Assembly: GCA_026707815.1 (NCBI GenBank)
Contig: JAPOWB010000009.1
Coordinates: 6,752-70,751, forward strand
Direction of reading: 5' to 3'
Origin: Candidatus Saccharimonadota bacterium
Lineage (GTDB): Bacteria; Patescibacteriota; Saccharimonadia; Saccharimonadales; VXPC01
DNA length: 64,000 nt
How positions within the stretch are numbered: the stretch's first letter is position 1; each line of letters begins with the position of its first letter. Below the pieces are notes generated by a model. That model did not search any database, was not told the origin of the DNA, and worked only from the letters and a program-made list of their open reading frames with translations. Both the position numbers and the translations under genes were made by a program. Positions 49,467 through 58,084 of the stretch are shown here, piece by piece.

Positions 49467-49829
49467 AATTAATGATTATTTTAATTGGACTACAAAGAGA
49501 AAACAGCAGCCCCCAAAATGTATAAGGCGATTACTCTCACTATACTCATAGATAGTATTTGTACAACTAGACAATACCCTTCTGCAAAGAATCAAAACAT
49601 TTGGAAGAGAATTAGACAAATGACCACTGTAATGAGAGTGAGGGAAGAGGTATATCAGTCAAATTGACTGTAATCACATTTCCTTTCTACAGTATTCAAG
49701 ATAAGCATCAATTTATGGATATCAGCTTTGAAATGACAATTCAGCCAATCTCTTTCTTATCTATGAAAATACAATTTTAAATACATATTTTGCATCTTTA
49801 AACCTTAACGCTTAACTATTATAGTGAGC

Positions 49830-49882
49830 ATCTGTCACGCCATCTTCTTACTTTCAGTAACCAAGATGACAGCGTGACAGAT
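49830..49882. repeat. imperfect inverted repeat (atctgtcacgc-catctt ... aagatgacagcgtgacagat)
   Basis: Arms of 17-20 nt with a 16-nt spacer, read directly. There is no flanking T-run. Confidence 0.7.
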
Positions 49883-49965
49883 TGAATGGGATTTTGTTGT
49901 TGATATATTCTCTCTCTGTTCTCAACCCATTCTCTCACCTTGAATTAGTCCACTGGAGCAATCAA

Positions 49966-50487
49966 TTATGGCATATCATTCCCGAAAAATTCGGATTCAT
50001 AATCACCAAAGCCCTGTGGTGGACATATGCCGTCGCAATCATCCATGTCATAGTTTTCCATGGGAATATCCCAGATGTCATCCATATCACCCCAAGGGGT
50101 ATCTATAATTGGATTCACTTCAGAGCTGAGCATCATGCCTAGAAAGAGCATTAGGCTAGCAAGGTCGTCAGAATTCGCATTCTGATTATCAAGTTGCGAT
50201 GAATTTTCAAGTTGGTTGCGAATTTCTAAAATTTCATCCATCAACTCCGCCAATTGCTCAGCTGTTTGCTCTTGCATCACCGCTTGCTCAACCAGAGCTT
50301 CAGCGACATTGCTATTGCTATCCACTCTCTCTGCTCCAAGTATCAACCACAGAGCAGACTGAGCAATCAACCCTAGCGACAGTATGATTACCATTACGGA
50401 CGGGATGACATCCACGGGGGAAGTCTTGTTGCTAGACTCCATTATTTTCTCCTTTATATGATGAGGGTAGGAAGAGATTTTGTGCAA
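49966..50487 (-). CDS. hypothetical single-TM protein with highly acidic C-terminal half
   Basis: 173-aa ORF; the likely true start is MESSNK at 50442. TM helix VIPSVMVIILSLGLIAQSALWLIL, with a D/E-rich tail containing DDCDGICPP. Confidence 0.5.
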   Translation of the reverse strand: MHKISSYPHHIKEKIMESSNKTSPVDVIPSVMVIILSLGLIAQSALWLILGAERVDSNSNVAEALVEQAVMQEQTAEQLAELMDEILEIRNQLENSSQLDNQNANSDDLASLMLFLGMMLSSEVNPIIDTPWGDMDDIWDIPMENYDMDDCDGICPPQGFGDYESEFFGNDMP

Positions 50488-51098
50488 AATCCCCAGTTCA
50501 CCAGTCTAAACAGTGAACCGTTAAGATTTAAAATGTTAAGATACTCAAAGTTATTGAAACTCTCTTTTTATAAATTATATAATATTTATAACATTTATCA
50601 ATGGAGCCAAGCAACTAAGCTAGTCCATTAAATTTTAACTTTTCACAATGCTAAGTGGTTGCAAATATTAAGATCAATCAGGAAATCAAGAAAGTCGCTT
50701 AAATATTAGCCAATGGTTTAGTCTTAACTCTCAGCAATCTTATCAATGCCCAATTAAAGCAATTGCTTGATCCGTCGCACTAGTCTTAGATACTCCTTTG
50801 CCTTAATCAGTCTATCAATCCCAAGCTGGAAGCGGAATTTAGATCAGGTTTACAAAGAGATTGAACAGAGAAACATCAGTCAGCTCTACACCAACATTAT
50901 TGGAATATGAATGTAGTAAGTGACATCAGAGCGATTTTTGAATATCTAGATGGGTATACAAAATCTTATTCTTGGTAATTGGCTTACATGTTCATCTTTA
51001 TTAAAACATTTCAATCAATACATCATCTCTGAGATTTATTAGAATTAATCGCAAAATAAGCAATAGAGCGATAGTTTTAAAAAATTTTAAAAAAATTC

Positions 51099-51126
51099 TT
51101 GACAATAAAAATATAGTTGCTAATAT
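51099..51126 (+). promoter_or_regulatory. strong sigma70-type promoter with extended -10 (TTGACA-16-TGcTAATAT)
   Basis: TTGACA at 51099-51104, a 16-nt spacer ending in TGC, then TAATAT at 51121-51126. Confidence 0.55.
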
Positions 51127-51132
51127 GACAAT

Positions 51133-51213
51133 ACATTCACCGATTAATCCTTTCCCAAGAATTAATTAGTAAATGTGGATTGCCACCAGTTTTCGGACTG
51201 GTGGCTTTGTTTT
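51133..51213 (+). ncRNA. candidate ~80-nt small RNA or terminated leader
   Basis: Bounded by the promoter above and the terminator below. No ORF. An internal ATTAAT/ATTAAT hairpin presents a CCUUUCCC loop. Confidence 0.35.
51182..51213 (+). terminator. Rho-independent terminator
   Basis: 9-bp stem GCCACCAGT / ACTGGTGGC with loop TTTCGG, followed by TTTGTTTT. Confidence 0.65.
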
Positions 51214-51292
51214 AAACATGTTCTTTTGGCTAAATTCTTCTCTGTTTTTAAAGATCTAATTACAAATCATTGAAAATTGATATCATAAATTT

Positions 51293-52567
51293 ATGACTCA
51301 AAAACAAGCTCTAACTATTCTCCAGCAAGGTCATAATGTTTTCTTAACTGGAGCAGCTGGTTCAGGCAAAACTTTTTTACTGGATAAATTCATCAAATTA
51401 ATTTCTGCTACCGAAAAACGTATAGCAGTTACTGCCACTACAGGCTTAGCTGCCACTCATCTTAGAGGGCGAACAATCCATTCTTGGGCAGGAATTGGCA
51501 TTGCTGATAAATTGACTCGTAGTCAATTAAATAAAATCATAACATCGACTAAATTGCAGGAGAATATACGAACAACAAATATCTTAATTATAGATGAAAT
51601 CTCCATGTTACATGATTTTAGATTAGATATGATTGACCAAGTTTGCCGAGAAGTTCGACGTAATCCGAAAGTTTTTGGAGGGCTACAAGTTGTTTTAAGT
51701 GGAGATTTTTTTCAACTGCCACCGATTACTAAAGACGCCAACTTAAAGTTAGAAAAAACTAGTTTTATCACTAATTCTGAAGCTTGGCAAGCAGCTGATT
51801 TTAAAATTTGTTATTTGAGGGAACAACATCGACAAACTGATGACAATCAATTAACTGATATTCTTAATGCTTTAAGGAATAATGTTCTGACAAATCAGCA
51901 TGTTGATTTGCTAAGAAACCGCATTTTGCCCAACCCCGGCAATTTAACTGAATTACATTGTCATAATCTAGACATTGACCAAATTAACAAGAAAAGATTA
52001 GCTGAAATTCCGCATAAAGAATATCAATTTGCTGGAGAAAAATTAAATCCTCATAGAGATAAAAAATTACTAGATCAACTCTTAAGAAATTGCCTAGCCG
52101 AAGAATTGCTGAAGCTAAAACAAGATGCCCTAGTTATGTTTATTAAAAATGATACCCAGAATCAATATATAAATGGTAGTTTGGGTAAAATTAAGGGATT
52201 TCATTCTAGAGATGGTTATCCAATCATTGAACTTAATTCTGGTAAGACTATTTTTGTTGACTTGGCAACTTGGAGCATTACTCAAGATGAAGTTGAATTA
52301 GTCAGATTCAGACAACTCCCCTTAAAATTAGCTTGGGCTATGACTATCCACAAAAGTCAAGGTATGACTTTAGATGGGGCTTTTATAGATTTGTCAAAAG
52401 CTTTTGAGACTGGCATGGGTTATGTGGCTTTGTCTCGGCTTAAATCTTTAGAAGGTCTTTACTTAAAAGGTTTTAATGAAACTGCTCTGCAAATTAACCC
52501 AGAAGTCTTGCGAATTGATCAGTATTTTCAACAAGCTTCCAGACGGCTTGAGATGCAAGCATTTTAG
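51293..52567 (+). CDS. PIF1/RecD-like SF1B DNA helicase
   Basis: Walker A GAAGSGKTFLL, IIDEISML, VLSGDFFQLPPI and TIHKSQGMTLD. Confidence 0.85.
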   Translation: MTQKQALTILQQGHNVFLTGAAGSGKTFLLDKFIKLISATEKRIAVTATTGLAATHLRGRTIHSWAGIGIADKLTRSQLNKIITSTKLQENIRTTNILIIDEISMLHDFRLDMIDQVCREVRRNPKVFGGLQVVLSGDFFQLPPITKDANLKLEKTSFITNSEAWQAADFKICYLREQHRQTDDNQLTDILNALRNNVLTNQHVDLLRNRILPNPGNLTELHCHNLDIDQINKKRLAEIPHKEYQFAGEKLNPHRDKKLLDQLLRNCLAEELLKLKQDALVMFIKNDTQNQYINGSLGKIKGFHSRDGYPIIELNSGKTIFVDLATWSITQDEVELVRFRQLPLKLAWAMTIHKSQGMTLDGAFIDLSKAFETGMGYVALSRLKSLEGLYLKGFNETALQINPEVLRIDQYFQQASRRLEMQAF

Positions 52568-52700
52568 CTGTGTAAAACAGAGGAAAATATTAAATGTCGA
52601 TGAGTAATCTTTAGTTTAGAAATGGAATATTGACACGAACCTTATAAATATCAGTTATCATATAATGAATAGAAGATAGAGGTTGAATTATTTTTGGGAC

Positions 52701-53366
52701 ATGTCCAATCAACTGAAGTACCCCACCTTATTTATTATCATCGGCTGGCCAAGTAGTGGTAAAACTTATCTAAGTCGCCAACTTGCTAAAGATTTTCAAA
52801 TCAATAAAGTCCATGCCGAACAAATCAGGGCAACTATTTTTCATAGTCGCTATTCAACTAATGCAGAAGAAAACTTAATGGCTCAGAAAATAGGTTTTCT
52901 ATTGATAGAAGAATTGATGAGATTGAAGCTATCAGTAATTTGTGATATCGATGTTCAAGCCAGTAATCAAAGGTTCAAATTGCAGAAATTAGCTCAAGCA
53001 TACGACTTTAAAACTGTGGTTATCTATCAGCAAGTCGATAAACAAACAGCTTGGCTGAGATGCCAAAATCGTAATATTCATCACCCGGATGATAGATATG
53101 CCCTCAAACTAAGTCAGAAAAGCTTCAATACCTTGTGTTCTCATTTTCAGCCCCCAAAACCTCAAGAATCAGTCATTGTAGTCTCGGGTAACCATGATTA
53201 TAAAACTCAAAAACAAACCATTCTGCGACGATTAATTGAGCTACAGTATTTAGTTAATCCAAAAGAGATAATTAGAGATATTCCGAAGCCAGGATTGGTT
53301 AATTTAATTGTCCCCGTGGTTGATAAAAATAATCCTCAAAATAATCTCAATATTACTATTGAATAA
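52701..53366 (+). CDS. P-loop kinase-like protein (AAA_33 / zeta-toxin-like NTPase fold)
   Basis: ATG at 52701. P-loop IIIGWPSSGKTYLSRQLA. Small size typical of nucleotide or polynucleotide kinases. Confidence 0.65.
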   Translation: MSNQLKYPTLFIIIGWPSSGKTYLSRQLAKDFQINKVHAEQIRATIFHSRYSTNAEENLMAQKIGFLLIEELMRLKLSVICDIDVQASNQRFKLQKLAQAYDFKTVVIYQQVDKQTAWLRCQNRNIHHPDDRYALKLSQKSFNTLCSHFQPPKPQESVIVVSGNHDYKTQKQTILRRLIELQYLVNPKEIIRDIPKPGLVNLIVPVVDKNNPQNNLNITIE

Positions 53367-53370
53367 TATT

Positions 53371-54051
53371 GTGACTTATCAAAAAACTTACCCGAAAATT
53401 GGCACAGTCACTTATTGTGCCAGAAAGCAAAAGCGTATTAGATTATCTTTTCAAGATTCTAGTATTAGAGTTAGTTATCCTTCTCGACTTGGTTTCAAAA
53501 GAGCTGAAGTATTTGTCCAGTCTAAAATAGATTGGATTCTTGAACATAAGCCGAACAATAATTTGATCAGAGATCAAATTAAAATTGGGCAATATCATAA
53601 GTTGTATCTACAAGATTCTTGCTTAAATGTCGGGATTTTTAAACGACAAATTTGTGCTCCCAAGCAAAATATAGAATTGATTGAAAAACTCATTAAGCAA
53701 GCTTTGAAAATAGAAGCTGAAATATTACTCAAACCCTTATTTAACAACTTGAGTCAAAAATTGCAGCTACCAGCCACAAGATTGCGGATTAAATACATGA
53801 AATCTCAATGGGGAAGTTGTAATCATCGAGGCGTTATTAGTCTCAATAGTGCTTTAGTTTACTTACCAAAAAGAATTATTGAAGCAGTTATTATTCATGA
53901 GCTGTGTCATCTAAAATTTTTAAATCATAGTTCTGATTTTTGGCAATTAGTCATCAAACATCAACCCAATCATCTTGCCCTCAGACAAGAATTAAAGACT
54001 TATCCTATTCATCTGGTTATTACAAAAAAATCTTCCAAAAACAAAAATTGA
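53371..54051 (+). CDS. YgjP/DUF45-family zinc metallopeptidase-like protein
   Basis: HExxH in VIIHELCHLKFLNHSSDFW. The likely GTG start at 53371 comes just after the upstream stop at 53366. Confidence 0.78.
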   Translation: MTYQKTYPKIGTVTYCARKQKRIRLSFQDSSIRVSYPSRLGFKRAEVFVQSKIDWILEHKPNNNLIRDQIKIGQYHKLYLQDSCLNVGIFKRQICAPKQNIELIEKLIKQALKIEAEILLKPLFNNLSQKLQLPATRLRIKYMKSQWGSCNHRGVISLNSALVYLPKRIIEAVIIHELCHLKFLNHSSDFWQLVIKHQPNHLALRQELKTYPIHLVITKKSSKNKN

Positions 54052-54092
54052 CTGATGCCTTAAAGTGCTTTATACTAAAAGAACATAAGTTT

Positions 54093-54129
54093 GATGCTTG
54101 ACTTTCGGTCTCTAGAGCATCTTTTTTTT
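54093..54129 (+). terminator. Rho-independent terminator
   Basis: GATGCT...AGCATC outer stem with inner GAC/GTC pairing, followed by a T8 run at 54122-54129. Confidence 0.6.
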
Positions 54130-54176
54130 ATGATTTATTTATAACTTGTACTTGATTAGATAGATAAGAGAATTTC

Positions 54177-54602
54177 ATGCCCCAAACTAAAGGACGTCGA
54201 CGGAATTTAAAGACCGTCCGAGAAGTCGCCGAAAATAAACGTCAATCCAGCCAAAAACCAGCTTGGTTTAAAAGATTGTTGAAAGGATTTTTTAGCCCCT
54301 TGCTTAAATTATTGACTTGGTTAAATCAGCCTTTAGCTACCCATCAACAAGTTGCAAGCAGCAACTGGACTACAGCTTGGACTAAACAAAGATCAATGAT
54401 GCCTAAATATTTCAGACAATCATTTGCTGAAATTAAATTAGTCACTTGGCCGACATTTCCAGTTGCTATGAGATTAACTTTTGCAGTCGTCATTTTCACT
54501 TGTATCTTTGCCGGACTGATAGCTGGACTAGATTGGGTCTTGTCTAAAATTTTTGAAGAAATTATTATTAATGAAGGTCAAAATCTAAAGAATTTATTTT
54601 AA
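54177..54602 (+). CDS. secE: preprotein translocase subunit SecE with ~80-aa basic N-terminal extension
   Basis: C-terminal FAEIKLVTWPT... followed by a single TM helix. Located directly upstream of nusG. Confidence 0.8.
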   Translation: MPQTKGRRRNLKTVREVAENKRQSSQKPAWFKRLLKGFFSPLLKLLTWLNQPLATHQQVASSNWTTAWTKQRSMMPKYFRQSFAEIKLVTWPTFPVAMRLTFAVVIFTCIFAGLIAGLDWVLSKIFEEIIINEGQNLKNLF

Positions 54603-54605
54603 GTT

Positions 54606-55157
54606 ATGGATGATAAAATTGATACTAAACAGCGCTGGTATGCCATACACACTTACAGTGCTTATGAAGAACGAGTTGCTCAAGAAATTCGGCAAAGAAT
54701 TGCTAATTTAGGGATTGCAGATAAAATCACTGATATTCTAGTTCCTAAAGAAAATCAGATTGAATTGAAAAACGGCAAACGACGGATTGTAGCTAAAAGA
54801 ATTTTTCAGGGCTATGTTTTGATTCGTATGCAGTTAGACAAAGAAACTTGGCATACAGTTAGAAGTACTCCCAATGTCACAGGCTTTGTCGGTGATGGCA
54901 GTAATCCAGTCCCAATTGAAGAAGAAGAAATTAGAAAAATAGTTAAGCGAATGGAGATTGAAGAGCCAAAACATAAGATTAATTATCAGGTTGGAGAAGC
55001 AGTGAAAATCACTGATGGACCTTTCCGAGATCAAGAAGGTTTGGTCTCCGAGATAGATGCTCAAAAAGGAACCTTAACTGTTTTAATCAGTGCTTTTGGT
55101 CGAGAAACGCCCATGAAATTGGATGCTTTACAAGTAAGTAGTTTAAAAAATGAATAG
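54606..55157 (+). CDS. nusG: transcription termination/antitermination factor NusG
   Basis: NGN domain (WYAIHTYSAYEERV) and KOW domain (GEAVKITDGPFRDQEGLV). Confidence 0.95.
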   Translation: MDDKIDTKQRWYAIHTYSAYEERVAQEIRQRIANLGIADKITDILVPKENQIELKNGKRRIVAKRIFQGYVLIRMQLDKETWHTVRSTPNVTGFVGDGSNPVPIEEEEIRKIVKRMEIEEPKHKINYQVGEAVKITDGPFRDQEGLVSEIDAQKGTLTVLISAFGRETPMKLDALQVSSLKNE

Positions 55158-55596
55158 TTCGAATCAACCTAAAACCAAAGTTACTGCCCGTCTAAAAATG
55201 CGCCTCAAAGGCGGTCAAGCTAGTGCAGCCCCACCAGTTGGTAGTACCTTAGGTCAATATAAAGTTAATATGATGGATTTTATTAATCCTTTTAATGAAG
55301 CTACTAAAGATCGTCAAGGACAAGATTTAACAGTCCATATTTTCATTCATGAAGATAATGCTCTAAGTTGGCGAATCGTCAGTCAACCAACTGATGAATT
55401 GATTCGCCAAGCTCTTAAAGTCGACAAGGGGAGTGGTAAGCCTCATTTAGAGAAATTAGAGCAGAAACTTAGCCAGAACCAATTAACAGAAATTGCTCAA
55501 GCTAAACTCAATGACAGTAATACAGATAACCTTGAATCTGTTAAAAAGATGGTAGCTGGCACAGCTAGAAGTATGGGAGTAGAAATAGAGGGCTAG
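55150..55596 (+). CDS. rplK: 50S ribosomal protein L11
   Basis: LKGGQASAAPPVGSTLGQ motif. Confidence 0.95.
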   Translation: MNSSNQPKTKVTARLKMRLKGGQASAAPPVGSTLGQYKVNMMDFINPFNEATKDRQGQDLTVHIFIHEDNALSWRIVSQPTDELIRQALKVDKGSGKPHLEKLEQKLSQNQLTEIAQAKLNDSNTDNLESVKKMVAGTARSMGVEIEG

Positions 55597-55601
55597 AGAA
55601 T

Positions 55602-56723
55602 ATGACTAAAAAAACTGAACTTATTGAAAAAGCTCAAAAACTGGATATTAAGACTGATGGCTTAACCATTGCTAAACTTGAAGAAGCTATAGCAAAAAAG
55701 CAAGAAACAGACCAGAAAGACTTCAATAAAAAAACTACTAGCCCCTTAAGGGAAAAACCAATTAAAAATCTCAAAGAGTTATCTGAGAAAATCTTGGGTA
55801 AAAAAGCTACCCCAAAGCCCTCCAGTAAACCCAAAAAACTTCTTAAGAAAAAACCTAACACAACAGATAAAAAGCTAGATCAGAGTTTTGCTAAAGCTGG
55901 TAAAAGAAGTCAGAAAAATGTTGAAGCCAACAAGGCTGAACAGGAGAGACAGGCTCGCAAATTAAGTTCTCAATCCAAAACTAGCTCTATTCAACCGACT
56001 CAACAAAAGCTGATTAAATCGACCAGATCTCGTCTGCAAAGGCGGTCAAAAAAATACCGTCAAGTTTTTCCAAAGGTTGATAAAAAGAAAAACTATGAAA
56101 CAAAAGAAGCTTTAGAATTAATTATTCAAACTTCGACGACTAAATTTGATAGTAGTGTTGATATCTCTGTAGGTTTGGGAGTCGACGTCAAACAAGCCGA
56201 TCATAATATTCGAGACTACGTAGTCTTACCAGCTGGGACTGGTAAAAATTTACGAATTGCCGTTTTCGCAGAGGACAAGGAAACTCAACAAGCTCTTCAA
56301 TCAGGGGCTGACATTGCCGGCAGGGACGTATTTTTACAACAATTAGATAAGGGTATTCTTAATTTTGACGTTTTAATCACCATGCCTAATTTAATGGTTG
56401 AATTGAGTAAATATGCTAAGATGCTTGGACCAAAAGGTTTAATGCCTAACCTCAAATCAGGTACTATCACTAAAGATATTCCAGCCACCATCGAAGAGAC
56501 TAGGGCAGGGCGAACTGAATACCGAGTTAATGAGAATGGTATTATCAGTCTTTCTATTGGTAAAGTCAGTTTCGGTACGGTTAAGCTTTTAGATAATTTC
56601 CAAGCTGTTTTAAGTAGTATCAAAGACAATAAGCCAACTAGTTTGAAGGGCTCATATATTAAAACTATCTCCGTTAGCACAACTATGGGACCAAGTCTTA
56701 AGATTGCTACTTCAACTCATTAA
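55602..56723 (+). CDS. rplA: 50S ribosomal protein L1 with ~135-aa N-terminal extension
   Basis: The canonical L1 core begins near RRSKKYRQVFPKVDKKKNY...KFDSSVD...LPAGTGK. The upstream 135 aa lie in the same ORF with no internal start codon. Confidence 0.9.
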   Translation: MTKKTELIEKAQKLDIKTDGLTIAKLEEAIAKKQETDQKDFNKKTTSPLREKPIKNLKELSEKILGKKATPKPSSKPKKLLKKKPNTTDKKLDQSFAKAGKRSQKNVEANKAEQERQARKLSSQSKTSSIQPTQQKLIKSTRSRLQRRSKKYRQVFPKVDKKKNYETKEALELIIQTSTTKFDSSVDISVGLGVDVKQADHNIRDYVVLPAGTGKNLRIAVFAEDKETQQALQSGADIAGRDVFLQQLDKGILNFDVLITMPNLMVELSKYAKMLGPKGLMPNLKSGTITKDIPATIEETRAGRTEYRVNENGIISLSIGKVSFGTVKLLDNFQAVLSSIKDNKPTSLKGSYIKTISVSTTMGPSLKIATSTH

Positions 56724-56889
56724 TTTTTTTGTCAATCAAAGAATCCATCTTTAATATATTATTTAAGAAAAAATTGTTTTATTATAGCTATTTGAATAGT
56801 TTGAAAGCTGGTATAAACATTGAAATTATGAAATTTTATTGTGTTATGATAGAGCTGTAATTTACTGATCGAATTAAAAAAATACTTTT

Positions 56890-58074
56890 GTGAAAATTAC
56901 TATCAATAAGAAAGAGTCAGGCATCTATCTCCTAGCAATCCTTATCTGGTTTGGGGCAATAGTTCTTTTTAATCTAATTAACCAAGATACCGAGCAATTA
57001 GATAAGCAAACACAAATTAGCGTCAAGGCTGAAGAACAACTAATTAGATATTATGATCAAGCTGTTCTTGATATTGACGATTATCCCCATATCAAAGATT
57101 TGATGCCTCTAGGTTTTATTGATGTCTTGAAAAAAACTTCTCAATTAGATCCTAGTTTTTATAATCAAAAACAGCAAATATGTGGTATCGCTGGTTGGTC
57201 ATGCCAAGATTCCGATTGGCAAAGACTGAAGACTTTAGCTTCAAGATATGATTTAAATTATATTTCTTTGGAAGCTCAATTTTTGTATATGAATCATCAA
57301 CTGGAAAATATTGAATTCAATATTAATCTGAAATTAGATAACTTACCCTCGGCTTATAGAAATTTCTATTATCATTTGATTGAGACTCATATCATTATTC
57401 GACCAGTACCAAAACCTGCTGTTGCGACAATTGCTCCAATATCAACAAATAACAGCTCCAGTCACATTAATCGTCAGCCTCAGATTCTACCGACTAAACA
57501 ACAGGGCTGTTGGAGACAATCCAATCAATATATTAAGACAGTCAAGCAGACAGATAGTCAGGGATATTTATTAAAACCAGTAGAAGTTCTATCTAGAAGT
57601 GAGGCGGGGGAAATGACTACAACCTATGTTCATCGCTGTATCCATGCTTTGGCTTTAAAACTTTTAAAAGATTACAATTCATCTCAAACTAATCCCCAAT
57701 ATAAACTTGGATTTAGTGGTTGGCGAAGCCATTATCATCAAGTCCAAGCTCGATTGCGACCAGTTAATGGATGCATAACTGTTGATGCTGAGCATCCACT
57801 TTATACTTATCAAGTTTACGAAGCTGGATCAACGGAGATTTGCACTACACCAGTTGCTAAACCCGGTCATTCTAATCACCAAGATGGTTTAGCCTTGGAT
57901 TTTTATTGTCTTGAAGGGGGATCTCTAACTCGAACTAATTGTAATAAAGCTTATGAATGGCTGAGATGTCATGGAGCTAAATATGGGTTAGTGGAATTCA
58001 TTAAAGAGCCTTGGCATTGGGATTATTTTACTCAAGTTAATAACGGTCAAAAACGATTAGTGCGTAATTGTTAA
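56890..58074 (+). CDS. membrane-anchored peptidase M15 (VanY-like D,D-carboxypeptidase fold) with N-terminal lysozyme-like region
   Basis: GTG start and a TM helix. Zn-site motifs GHSNHQDGLALD and EPWHWDY. The mid region ICGIAGW...LEAQFLYMNHQLEN resembles phage-tail-lysozyme-type domains. Confidence 0.78.
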   Translation: MKITINKKESGIYLLAILIWFGAIVLFNLINQDTEQLDKQTQISVKAEEQLIRYYDQAVLDIDDYPHIKDLMPLGFIDVLKKTSQLDPSFYNQKQQICGIAGWSCQDSDWQRLKTLASRYDLNYISLEAQFLYMNHQLENIEFNINLKLDNLPSAYRNFYYHLIETHIIIRPVPKPAVATIAPISTNNSSSHINRQPQILPTKQQGCWRQSNQYIKTVKQTDSQGYLLKPVEVLSRSEAGEMTTTYVHRCIHALALKLLKDYNSSQTNPQYKLGFSGWRSHYHQVQARLRPVNGCITVDAEHPLYTYQVYEAGSTEICTTPVAKPGHSNHQDGLALDFYCLEGGSLTRTNCNKAYEWLRCHGAKYGLVEFIKEPWHWDYFTQVNNGQKRLVRNC

Positions 58075-58084
58075 AGACAGATCT

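Noticed and set aside
41835-54051. Considered calling the whole tRNA-Trp to secE interval a single integrative element or prophage.
   Set aside because: There is no integrase, att duplication, or phage structural or replication gene. Composition is heterogeneous, GC-rich only to about 46.1 kb. It is better described as several independent cassettes.
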